From Octopus bimaculoides (lineage: Eukaryota), in the NCBI RefSeq assembly GCF_001194135.2, contig NC_068993.1, positions 13,349,827 through 13,413,768 of the forward strand: DNA of 63,942 nucleotides. Direction: 5' to 3'. The notes below the pieces were generated by a model. It did not search any database. It had not been told where the DNA came from and saw nothing but the letters and a program-made list of their open reading frames with translations. The position numbers and the translations under genes were made by a program. Every line of letters begins with the position of its first letter. Positions within the stretch are counted from its first letter, which is position 1. Positions 37,477 to 48,869 of this stretch are shown here, in pieces.

Positions 37477-37557
37477 GTTTTTGTCACAATACAGAGGATT
37501 TCCGAAAGCTCTGTAGCACAATTACAGGCGACACACAACTTCACTCACTCGTACGAG
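37477..37557 (+). CDS. Candidate 81-nt internal exon of an unidentified long-intron gene
   Basis: ttttgtcattttgtttacag|G ... GAG|gtaagt are near-consensus sites. Length is a multiple of 3. Two frames are open: VFVTIQRISESSVAQLQATHNFTHSYE (phase 0) and GFCHNTEDFRKLCSTITGDTQLHSLVR (phase 1). Confidence 0.55.
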
Positions 37558-37920
37558 GTAAGTGGATTTTGATTTATTTATTGTCTTGAACATCTTATAC
37601 CTCTAATGCCAGACTTGTTCTATTGAGTCTAATAACATGTGAGCCGATGTCGTTGGCAATTATTGCAGAACTAATTTCTGTTGATTTGCTCTTTTCCTCA
37701 TCCCGTCTCTCATTCGCTTTAGATGCCTATATACATACATTCATACACATAAACACAACCGCATCCATACAACAACACACAAACTTACGTGTAGTAGAAT
37801 AGATTTACCTTAACACAGTAAATGTTTTGTTTTCTCGTATTAGTTGATCAACAATACGAAACATATACACACACGTGTATATGTATGCTTGTGTGGGTGT
37901 GTGTAATTCTTTTATACCTG

Positions 37921-37960
37921 GCTGTCTGATGAAGGTCAGCTGGCCGAAACTTCGAAGTCA
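37921..37960 (+). ncRNA. Type-I hammerhead ribozyme motif with intact core, stem I disrupted at a SINE junction
   Basis: CTGATGA A GGTC-AGCT-GGCC GAA ACTTCGAAGT C: perfect core, 4-bp stem II, palindromic stem III, GUC triplet. A SINE tail starts 1-2 nt downstream. Confidence 0.7.
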
Positions 37961-38322
37961 GTTGTTGTTGTTGGCACTCCGTCGCTTACGACGTCGAGGG
38001 TTCCAGTTGATCCGATCAACGGAACAGCCTGCTCGTGAAATTAACGTGTAAATGGCTGAGCACTCCACAGACACGTGTACCCTTAACGTAATTCTCAGAG
38101 ATATTCAGCTTGACACAGTGTGACAAGGCTGACCCTTTGAATTACAGGCACACCAGAAACAGGAAGTAAGAGTGAGAGAACGTTGTGGTAGAAGAGTACA
38201 GCAAAGTTCGCCACCATCCCCTGCCGGAGCCTCGTGGAGCTTTAGGTGTTTTCGCTCAATAAACACTCACCGCCTCACCATCGTAAGCTCGACTCTCTAG
38301 CCACTGAGTCATGCGCCTTCAC
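37961..38322 (-). mobile_element. SINE family C body with a family D-type head
   Basis: 37961-38270 is the reverse complement of the 14.6-14.95 kb copy with a (CAA)n tail; 38270-38322 matches the family D tRNA head instead. Confidence 0.9.
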
Positions 38323-38354
38323 AGTAGAATGAATTATTATTAATATTATCAATG

Positions 38355-38570
38355 AAGGCGGTGAGCTGGCAGAATCGTTAGTGAGTCTGGCACAATGCAT
38401 AGCGGTATTTCGTCCGTCCTTATCTTCTGAGTTCAAATTCCGCCGTGGTTGACTTTGGCTACCATCATTTCGGAGTCGATAACATGAGTACCAGTCGAGT
38501 ACTGGAGTCGATGTAATCGACTAATCACCTCCCCCAAAATTTCAAGCCTTGTGCCTATAGTAGAAAGGAT
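38355..38570 (+). mobile_element. SINE family B, full length
   Basis: AAGGCGGTGAGCTGGCAGAATCGTTAG head; GCCTTGTGCCTATAGTAGAAAGGAT tail as in 15608-15822. Confidence 0.92.
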
Positions 38571-39195
38571 TATTTAAATTAAAAATTAATTTTGAAAAGT
38601 AAGCAACGTTGATGATATTTAGATTATGCGATTCTTCAAATAAAGCAAAGTAATGTCTTTTACTGCAATGTAGGATGCATTATGGAATCTAGCGGCAAAT
38701 GTTGTTCCAAATTTCGTTCGTCTATTTATCAATGTTTGGCATTAGAGCACCAATTTTCGACAAGTACCACTTCAAAAATATTGCGGTACTTTCAAGAGAT
38801 TTTATGTTGTTCGTTGCTAATTACAAATCTTCTCAGATTCGTCTGCAAACTAATTTGGCAAGTTCTGTGGAATTCTCTAGCCTATTAACTATTGTTACTC
38901 TTTTGTTTTGGATTTTGGTGGGGGGAGTGTTTTGGCTTATCTTTTAAAGTATCTCCGTATTAAATTATATTTCTTGTGCTTTTCCGTTTGTATGTAATTG
39001 TTTTATACGGTGAAACAAATACCATTTTACCAACACTTATGAGTACATGTGCGTGCTTATATATATGTGTGTATATATATGTATATATATATATATATAC
39101 AGTCACACATATATTCATGCACACGCATATTCACACACACACACATACATATATATGTCTGTGTACGTATATATATATATATATATATATGCATA

Positions 39196-39316
39196 CAGGG
39201 TGGGCGAAATTGTATGACAGATAATATAACCATTATTATACACGTACTCGTATATTATGAACAAAGTAGTCTAATATAAATGACAAATGTTTTGGTGCGT
39301 GACTTTTGGCCCAGTG
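39196..39316. mobile_element. Possible degenerate Tc1/mariner-type MITE
   Basis: Left end TA|CAGGGTGGGCGAAA; right end reverse complement CACTGGGCCAAAAG. Only partial terminal complementarity. Confidence 0.3.
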
Positions 39317-39342
39317 TGTGTGTGTGTGTGTGTGGGGGGGGG

Positions 39343-39352
39343 NNNNNNNNNN
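39343..39352. other. 10-N assembly gap
   Basis: Flanked on both sides by (TG)n plus a G run. Confidence 0.99.
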
Positions 39353-40640
39353 TGTGTGTGTGTGTGTGGGGGGGGGCATTTGCTGGCGCATTAAAATCAG
39401 TACTGTTTCTTCGAAACCGGTGTCCACCAAAGTATGACAAACATACAATGGACGTCCATAAACCAAAGAATATGTGTAACCATAATCAATCTATGTCGTT
39501 TCGATTGGTCGTTTATACAAATAGGCAAAATATTAACGGGAGCAGAAAAAAGGCAGAGCAGTTTTGATTGAAAATGCAGGTATCGTGTAGAGGAAAGCAG
39601 AGGGCAAGAAATACTCAGACAAAACACGTATGCACAATTATAAACTACACAGACAGATGTAATATAAACGAGTAAAATCATTGCAGATGTTTAGCAAAAT
39701 ACGACAAGTATGTTGTTTCATTAAAATCAAATATGTCTGACACTTTAAATAGAAATACCTATAGGTTGTCTGACATTAACTTTCTTAGTGTATTTTGTTT
39801 ATTTATTAATGTATGTATTTAAAAGAAAAGAAATTATTTAAGAATGTTCACCATACCCACTCTCGTGAGATAGACAAACAGGCAGACAGACAGACAGACA
39901 TCCTCGTTATACATATTTTTTCTGTATATATACTGATAGGCATATGTACGTATGTATATGATGATGGCTGCCCCCTCGTTATCGAGTATGGCCATTGCAC
40001 GAAGCTTAACATGTTGTTATCGTGCAGTGCCTGTGCAAGAAGATTTTATTTTCAAAGTGAGGAAAGGCTGTGCACTGAGTCAATCCCACTCACTAAGCAA
40101 CAGTAGCCATAACCCGAAAAGAAGAACAATTCAACATCATCGGTAACCACTGGGCTTTAAAATGGGATATGTATTCAAATCTATTCTCAATAATGATCTG
40201 ATGCTGTGTTAGATTTAAATATCTCATTTTTTACTGAACCTAGAAGTGGGAGACCCAATAAACCAGTGGGTTAATGGCATGGTGAGACAGAACAACAGCT
40301 AATATGCGAGATTCTGTCCATGGTTCAATAATGCGCAATATTATCCAACTCTCTCTTTGATATATATATATATATACATAGTATATGTCTATATAGATGG
40401 ATAGATAGATAGATATATGTGGGTATATATATATATGTGTGTGTGTGCATAAATATATTCACACAAAATATTTTCGTTCCTAGTAAACCATATTTTAGCA
40501 AACACAAATACAGCCCATCGTTCTTATAAAAACATGCATGTTCTATTCAATAGAATAATAACCGTATACTAATATACAAATATATTATTCTGCTCCATAC
40601 ATATATTATTACGCACGCGCCATCACACGCACATATATTC

Positions 40641-40641
<1 letters not shown>

Positions 40642-40696
<55 letters not shown>
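40642..40696. repeat. (TA)n microsatellite
   Basis: Seen directly. Confidence 0.97.
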
Positions 40697-40699
<3 letters not shown>

Positions 40700-42463
40700 T
40701 AGATAGATATAATGTCATATGATACAAGGAATTATAAAGACCGATCGTTATATACATTCCAGCATACACACGGGGTCTTATATACGCAAGCCGAATGCAA
40801 ACACATATAAGTACTTAAGCATAGATACATATATGCATGCAAAAATACTTATACACATACAAATAATCAAGCAGGGTTTTAGAAGCCCAGAAACAACATG
40901 GCTAATCAGGAGATTACAGATACTTGCCATCAAAAGCAATGTCAAAATATATAATGCATTCATGAAGTTTAGCAAGTAACAAGTGCGTTTACACACGGAT
41001 AATCAAGCCAACATATTTGTGTGTACATATACCTAAGTCAAACACAACAGATCCCTATATGCAATGACAGTTATGCTTGCTAGTATGTGTCCATGTGCAC
41101 ATACTTAAGTATATGAATGCATACTTAAATGGGTATATATGTACAGGCATACAAATATACATGCATCTGTATGTACGTGTATACCTCGAGATGTACATAA
41201 CTAAATATATACATACAAAACTATCCTGTTGATGTTGAAGACATTCTAATAAAAGTGCCTTTATTATAGAAGAGAATCTATCTAGTTCTGTATTAGTGAA
41301 AAATGAGAAAATTTAAACTAGGGAAACGTACAGGTAGAAGTGTCTAGGTAGGCATTCGACCTGTTCTCTATTAAATCACGCATTGTTGCCTTATAAAAAT
41401 AAGGGATACATTGAAATATTTCAATCACTTTTTTGTTCAATCGGGAATGATTAGTGGTTAAGTAAAGAATACATCAACGACAATAATGCATGTATATATT
41501 ATTAAAACAATATCCTCGAAACGACAGCAGAGACTGGACTCGTTAAAACAGCATATCCCCTGATCAGAACAAATGTTTTAAAATACGTAAGAAATGGTAG
41601 ACATTGTGTTCGTAGATATACAAACAGATATTGCTGAAATGCGTGTGTGTGTGTGTGTGTGTGTGTTTCTCCATCTATATTTTAGAAGCAATTTCATCAT
41701 CTTTTGCATCATATATATACCGTATAAATTAACATATATTATTTCATTATAACCTCTCTATTTCTGTCTACTGCACCCTCATTGCTTCTCTCTTCATTTC
41801 TTCATACGCCTTCCTTTCCTCATATATATATGTACACACACATAAACACACAAACACACACACACACACACACACACATCCTGGCTCTCCCGCCCTGGAT
41901 TCATATCAGTATATTATTTCTACTTCCTAAGATTTTACATGTACCAGCTTCTCCATTTCTTCACTGTCTATCAAAAATCTCCTCTTTCTTACATATTTTT
42001 CCTCACTTTACTACGCAAAATACTCATTCCCCCACTCTCCGATTCTCTCTCTCCCCCTCTCTCTTTCTTTATATCTCTTTTCCTCTCAACAGACATCCAC
42101 ATTTATAAAACATCTACTGAAGCATGCTCTGCTACTTGTATGCATGTTTGCTAAATATCAACCTCATATTTCCTGCGATAAACTAAAGTAACTCATATTT
42201 CTACTAAAAGGATACACAAACACTATATATGTGTGTGTGTGTTTGTATATCTATCTATCTATATATATATATATATATATACTCATTCCATCGGCGGAAC
42301 GCCAGACATAACAATGTATAACGACTTTTAGAAGTTGGTCTTGCATATGGCGCCGAAACATTTCAGCAAACTTTATTCCACATCTACAAAACGTTCTCTT
42401 TCTATATTTTTCTTTCCTTTTTTTCCCCCCTTATCTTTCTCGGTCTTCCTTTGCATGTCTCTC

Positions 42464-42512
<49 letters not shown>

Positions 42513-42771
42513 TATGTATGTATGTCTATGAGATTAGTGGTGAGGCGACAATGCAATATTATTTCGACTTGTTTTTATGATTAAAAGAATGGCATCTATT
42601 TTACTGCGCGGGGAAAACTGAATATCATTTGTTTTAAAAATAAAAGAATGTATCCATTGTTGTGGTTTCTATTATTCAAACTTCAAACGTACAATGCTTT
42701 GTATATTCACCAGAAACAATTATTTACACAATTACATACACATGCACACATGTGTGTGTTCTATCTATTAT

Positions 42772-43005
42772 TTCTTTCTTTATTGCCCACAGGGGGTTAA
42801 ACACAGAGGGGACAAACAAGGACAGACAAAAGGGTTAAGTCGTTTACATCGACCCCAGTGCGTAACTGGTACTTATCTAATCGACCTCGAATACATAAAA
42901 GGCAAAGTCGACCTCGGCAGAATTTGAACTCAGAACGTAACGACAGACGAAATACCGCTAAGCATTTCGTCCAGCGTACTAACGGTTCTGCCAGCTCACC
43001 GTTCT
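42772..43005 (-). mobile_element. SINE family B, full length, with 15-bp TSD
   Basis: TSD TGTTCTAT(C/T)TATTAT at 42757-42771 and 43006-43020; tail type CTTTTGTCTGTCCTTGTTTGTCCCCTCTG...GGGCAATAAAGAAAG. Confidence 0.93.
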
Positions 43006-43021
43006 TGTTCTATTTATTATT

Positions 43022-43140
43022 AGCCTTGAAGTTTTGAGGAGGATGCCGTCCAGTAACATCGAACCCAGTGCTCGATGAAAGTCTAAGTCGACACGATGGA
43101 TTCGAACTCAGATGGTGAAGTCGGACGAAATGCCGACAGG
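43022..43140 (-). mobile_element. SINE family B fragment, diverged
   Basis: CATCGAACCCAGTGCTC...AAGTCGAC...TTCGAACTCAGA...GGACGAAATGCCG. Confidence 0.6.
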
Positions 43141-44919
43141 CATGCGTATTAAATCTATAGATGCGTTGTATTTGGGTTAGTAATTGTATTTTGTGAGTTT
43201 GTATACCGCGCAGATCGAAGTGGCGATTCGCATTTCTGAAGAAATCTACAAAATAACAACCATTCTAAGTAAAAGGATCCGCAAAACTCACTAACACAAT
43301 CTAGCTGTTTTAACGCCACCATCAACTCAGTCTGAAGACTGAAACCCCTAAAAATTAAATATAATTCCAACTAAAATTATAAAACCGAATAGCCAGATTT
43401 AATAGCCATTTGTATGTGTTGTCTCTTGACTGAATCACAACGAATATGTTTGGCAATATTTAATTATTAAATGATTTTTGTAGTCTTTACAATAAGAAGG
43501 CAAGGTATATGATCAAATAAGAAAAAAACATATATAATTTGGTTAGTTGCAAACATTTGAAGATACTGAAGTCTGTGCAATATCTGCTACAATTTACAAT
43601 CTGGGAATTGTACGAAATAAACGCACACAAAATCTCTCAAACAATGGGTATTAAGATTGGTGTCCATCACCATTAATATTGTAACAAAAGAAAAGTAGCC
43701 AATACAGTTCTTAGTTTTATTGACAGGAATAATATAAATCAATGTTAAGGAAGTCTGGCAATTATGTTTCGTAGTCCTTCTGAACAGAGAAGTGTGTGTG
43801 TGTGTGTGTGTATACACGCACCTACTCACACGCTTACGTGCGTGCAGGTAAAGACAATCATACATAATTACACCGATACATATAAGCATGGGCACTATAC
43901 ATATACATCCAACACACACGAAAACCTACGTGCGAACAAAAAACAAACAAAAAAAAACAAAGCATTTGCAAAATTATATGACAAAAATAACTACTGAATA
44001 TAAGAACTAGATCTCATCTATTCATTGGAAATTGGTGATTTAGTTCAGTTTATTTCAGTGCATTCGTTAAAAGAGCATATGTGTGTGTGTAGTGATAGAT
44101 AGATAGATAAATAGATAGATAGATATCATAATGTAAGTGTTGTAAATCATTTTGAAATATATTTTACATAGAGTAAACCTTATCTCATGCAGAACTCAAT
44201 ACTGCAAGCAGAGGGCATACAGCTTTTTCTGAGAGTTGCGTCCTAAGCTGGGTTGCTTACGGCTATCGTTAGAAATTCAATGCAGGGCGAAACTCAGAGG
44301 GGCACACACACCTGTATATGCTAATATATATGGTATAATATAGTACAGTACAATATAGTATAATGTTTGATGGAATGTTAGACAAATTAATAAGCATCAT
44401 AAAACGCTTCTAATATTTGCCGGATTTCTCATGTTATAAAGTTACAAATTGAACTTTCGTTTTCCCGTGGAGTGGAAAGTAAAACAAACTGCATTTCCAT
44501 TAGAAACATTCCAGAACCTAGTTGCGTTCAATTAAAAAAAGCCATTAATTTGAACAAATTAGGGGGAAAAATAATTGAAAATTTTAGCAAACAGTTTGAA
44601 CGTAATAAATTATATTTTTAAAATGATCAAAATACTACAACGAAAGTATTTGATAACAAAATATATCAAAAGCAATGAAATAAAATAAAATAAAATTTAT
44701 ATATATGTATATAGATGTATATATAGCGGGAGAAAAGTATTTAATGAGGTGTAAGAGAGAATGGTAGTGACATTTCGCCATCTTCTGTTGGTGAACCCTT
44801 CGTAAACTGTGTCAGGAAACTGTGTCAGCCGATAATGTGTTGACAGTGATATCTACACACCATTAACATACTTATATAAACACTAACATCAACAACATTG
44901 CTTCCACGTCTTTCTCGAT

Positions 44920-44966
44920 TACTACTACTACTGCAGCAGCTGCTGCTGCTGCTGCTGCTGCTGCTG

Positions 44967-45010
<44 letters not shown>

Positions 45011-45600
45011 GTTGCTACTACTACTACTAGTACTACTACTACAAAAACAACAACAAAACACTGAATCGTCACAGAAAATGAAAACAACATCAACTTCCTT
45101 ATCATCGCCATCGTCACTGGCCGCAACAGTTGCAACGGAAGCCGTGGCAGCAGCAGTGGAGGCAAAGGTAGAGGAAGGAACTGCACCGGCGATGGTTGAC
45201 GTTGCAGCACCGACGACAGTATCAACAATTTCAACAACTATAATAACAATAACAAGAAAGATGAACAGGACAGGACAACAGCATCAACGTTATCGTTCTT
45301 GTGACCGTGGTCAGCGGTTTCATCTCCAACATTACGGCCGTCGTTGTTGTTGTTGTTGTTGTCATCGTCGCCATTGCTGTCATCGTCGTCTTCATTCTCA
45401 CTAAATCTATCACAGCAACAGCACGTCACAATTCTCATCATCTCTATTACCAACATCATCATCATCGTCAACATCGTCGCTATCGCTTTCTTCATCGACA
45501 TCAAACATCATCATCGTAGTTATCCTCATCACTATCAATGCCATCAAATATTGTCAATGATATGCAATCAGCTGAGCAACAACCGAGATCCTCCATGGAT
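44920..45600. repeat. Trinucleotide low-complexity tract: (CTA)n/(CTG)n, (GTT)n, (CAT)n-like
   Basis: Seen directly; generates overlapping homopolymeric ORFs on both strands. Confidence 0.9.
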
Positions 45601-45789
45601 ACTCTCAGCCTGATACGCGTTTCTTACTGTTGATTTGGGTTTTCTTGCATAAAGGATCAAAGCGAGATGATCGCAAGTGGCGTGATGTTAATGAAAGGCT
45701 TCCTCCAGTTTTGCTCTTTTTTTTTCTCAAATGGTTTTGCTTCAAGTTCCCAATTAGATTTTCCAATGAAAAGAAAGGAACATGCACTT

Positions 45790-45870
45790 CAAAGTGAACG
45801 ATGCGTGAACGATTACTGCAACGCGCACTGTGCGCTATAAAAAGCCTGTCCGATTACTGCAGTAACCGAG
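45790..45870 (+). promoter_or_regulatory. Candidate Pol II core promoter
   Basis: TATAAAAAG at 45836-45844 directly after the palindrome GCGCACTGTGCGC; CAGT about 25 nt downstream; CpG-rich non-repetitive context. Confidence 0.35.
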
Positions 45871-46948
45871 CATGAAACTTGAAGTAGTTCACTTCTAACT
45901 CCTGTATTGATTGAAATCATTCACACACACATACACACAAGCACATGTACACACACCGAGACACTTGTTATACACGCCCCATTCAGAAATAGCCCATGCC
46001 GCATTACAAATATTTCGATGTTCCACACGCAGAGCGTTCAGCCCCGACCTTCAAAAAACACAGGTATACTCGATAGGGGTTGACAAAGACCTCAACAACA
46101 ACAAAAGTTACAATCAATCAGAACGCAAGCAAATACAACACGAACAACACTAAACAGTTTGAATTGGAATTCTTACACATCGCGTAATATAGCGTAATAT
46201 AATTTAACGTAAAGAGGGCAAAGATATGTATAATCAAATACACAAACATTATCAGAAAAGAAGGCCTATGTCAAAATGACTGACTTGCTAGAGCATAGCA
46301 GAGGGGAAGTTAAGTAGCAAGAAGCTTTAGACATTGGTTAGAACTAATATTTTTGTTCTATTACGTTTTAACGATTTTCTATTTTGTTTTGGAGTTGGTG
46401 AAGTTTGACTGATCTCTATTACAGATAAAGGTATGAGTTTTTGGGTGAGTATGTTTCCTAGGTGGTGGGGATATGAGTGTGTGAATGTGTGAGTGTGAGG
46501 GAGGATTTGGTATGTCTCTGTTTTAAGGATGTTGTTTTGTGTTTGTTTTTATGTTATTGGTTGTCAAATTTACTGGGATGTGAAAATGATTGTTTGTCTT
46601 TTATTTGTTGTATTTTCATGATGTGATCTAGTGCCTGTCATATGATATATTTGCAAATTGTATCAGTACATATACTTACATTTGCAAACACTACATACAC
46701 ACACACACACACATGCATATATATGTGTGTTGGTATACACACGCAAACATTTAAGCTTACGGTAGGAAAATGAAACAGGTTCGTGTTGACAAGCTCAAGT
46801 GCAGAGACCAAGACGTGTGTGCTTGTGTGTGTGTGTGTGTGTTTAGAAATAGAGAGATAGAAAGAGTTACATACCAACACGTATACATATACATACACAC
46901 ATATATATATATATATACATAGATATAAACACATACATCTACACACAC

Positions 46949-46979
<31 letters not shown>

Positions 46980-46984
46980 TCTAC

Positions 46985-47021
<37 letters not shown>

Positions 47022-47032
47022 TCTACATATAT

Positions 47033-47969
47033 NNNNNNNNNNNNNNNNNNNNNNNNNNNNNNNNNNNNNNNNNNNNNNNNNNNNNNNNNNNNNNNNNNNN
47101 NNNNNNNNNNNNNNNNNNNNNNNNNNNNNNNNNNNNNNNNNNNNNNNNNNNNNNNNNNNNNNNNNNNNNNNNNNNNNNNNNNNNNNNNNNNNNNNNNNNN
47201 NNNNNNNNNNNNNNNNNNNNNNNNNNNNNNNNNNNNNNNNNNNNNNNNNNNNNNNNNNNNNNNNNNNNNNNNNNNNNNNNNNNNNNNNNNNNNNNNNNNN
47301 NNNNNNNNNNNNNNNNNNNNNNNNNNNNNNNNNNNNNNNNNNNNNNNNNNNNNNNNNNNNNNNNNNNNNNNNNNNNNNNNNNNNNNNNNNNNNNNNNNNN
47401 NNNNNNNNNNNNNNNNNNNNNNNNNNNNNNNNNNNNNNNNNNNNNNNNNNNNNNNNNNNNNNNNNNNNNNNNNNNNNNNNNNNNNNNNNNNNNNNNNNNN
47501 NNNNNNNNNNNNNNNNNNNNNNNNNNNNNNNNNNNNNNNNNNNNNNNNNNNNNNNNNNNNNNNNNNNNNNNNNNNNNNNNNNNNNNNNNNNNNNNNNNNN
47601 NNNNNNNNNNNNNNNNNNNNNNNNNNNNNNNNNNNNNNNNNNNNNNNNNNNNNNNNNNNNNNNNNNNNNNNNNNNNNNNNNNNNNNNNNNNNNNNNNNNN
47701 NNNNNNNNNNNNNNNNNNNNNNNNNNNNNNNNNNNNNNNNNNNNNNNNNNNNNNNNNNNNNNNNNNNNNNNNNNNNNNNNNNNNNNNNNNNNNNNNNNNN
47801 NNNNNNNNNNNNNNNNNNNNNNNNNNNNNNNNNNNNNNNNNNNNNNNNNNNNNNNNNNNNNNNNNNNNNNNNNNNNNNNNNNNNNNNNNNNNNNNNNNNN
47901 NNNNNNNNNNNNNNNNNNNNNNNNNNNNNNNNNNNNNNNNNNNNNNNNNNNNNNNNNNNNNNNNNNNNN
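47033..47969. other. Assembly gap (937 N), probably holding the 3' half of the adjacent SINE
   Basis: N run seen directly; the right flank is the internal microsatellite side of a family A copy. Confidence 0.97.
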
Positions 47970-48170
47970 GGGGGGGGGGGGGACAAACACACACACACAT
48001 ATATATACGACGGGCTTCTTTCAGTTTCCGTCTACCAAATCCATTCACAAAGCATTGGTCGGCCTGAGGCTATAGTAAAACACACTTAGCCAAGGTGCCA
48101 CGCCATGGGGCTGAACCCCGAACCATGTAGCTGGTAAGCAAATTACTTACCATACAGCCACTCCTGCGCC
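47970..48170 (-). mobile_element. SINE family A, 5' half
   Basis: Reverse complement of CAGGAGTGGCTGTATGGTAAG...CCTTGGCTAAGTGTG...GGTAGACGGAAACTGAAAGAAGCCCGTCG. Confidence 0.9.
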
Positions 48171-48601
48171 TAGAGAGAACGAGAAAAAGAGAGAGAGAGT
48201 TCGTACATATGTATGTGTATGCATATTTTTTTTATGTATTTATATATGCTTGTATGTATTAAAGTAACATATAGATAATTATAGTGTCTTTATCACCCCC
48301 AAATTGCAATGGTTTAAGACATATCAGTGGGAAAATTTCTGAAGAAATGCATTTTTGTGGAAATGAAAGCTTAAAATAAAATATTTACTCAATCTTTTGA
48401 ATAATTGGAAAGTTATAGAATTCCTAAAATCCTGCTATGTCATTTGCTTGGAGAAACCCTTCATGCTTTAACACAAATTCTTGTCAGTTTCAATCCTGTT
48501 CTTGTTTGTAGGATTTTCTAAAATGTGTTTATGCATCAAATGTCTAGTAAAATCCGCGATAAAGACGTTTTAGCAATTGTGTGTCTGTGTGTGTATATAT
48601 G

Positions 48602-48728
48602 CAGGGTGTCCACAAAGTCTGGGTACATGGTTATTAACACATACATTAAGAAATTATTATTTCTTATATGTAATTGTTTATGTGATGATTTTATTTACTC
48701 CATGTACCCAGTCTTTGTGGACATCCTG
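48602..48728. mobile_element. Tc1/mariner-type MITE, 127 bp
   Basis: 29-bp terminal inverted repeats (CAGGGTGTCCACAAAGTCTGGGTACATGG, 27/29 matched); AT-rich interior; TA on the right flank, TG on the left. Confidence 0.88.
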
Positions 48729-48869
48729 TATATTCACACACACACACATATATAAATATTACTCACACACACAGGCTCACAGAAACTGAATTTCATATGA
48801 ATATACATGCAGACATACACACACGCGCGTATACATACATACATACATACCGTAATTTATTCTTGAGTA

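Noticed and set aside
46638-48048. Longest ORFs (341-452 aa), plus those at about 18, 31 and 60 kb
   Set aside because: They run through N gaps and are artefacts.
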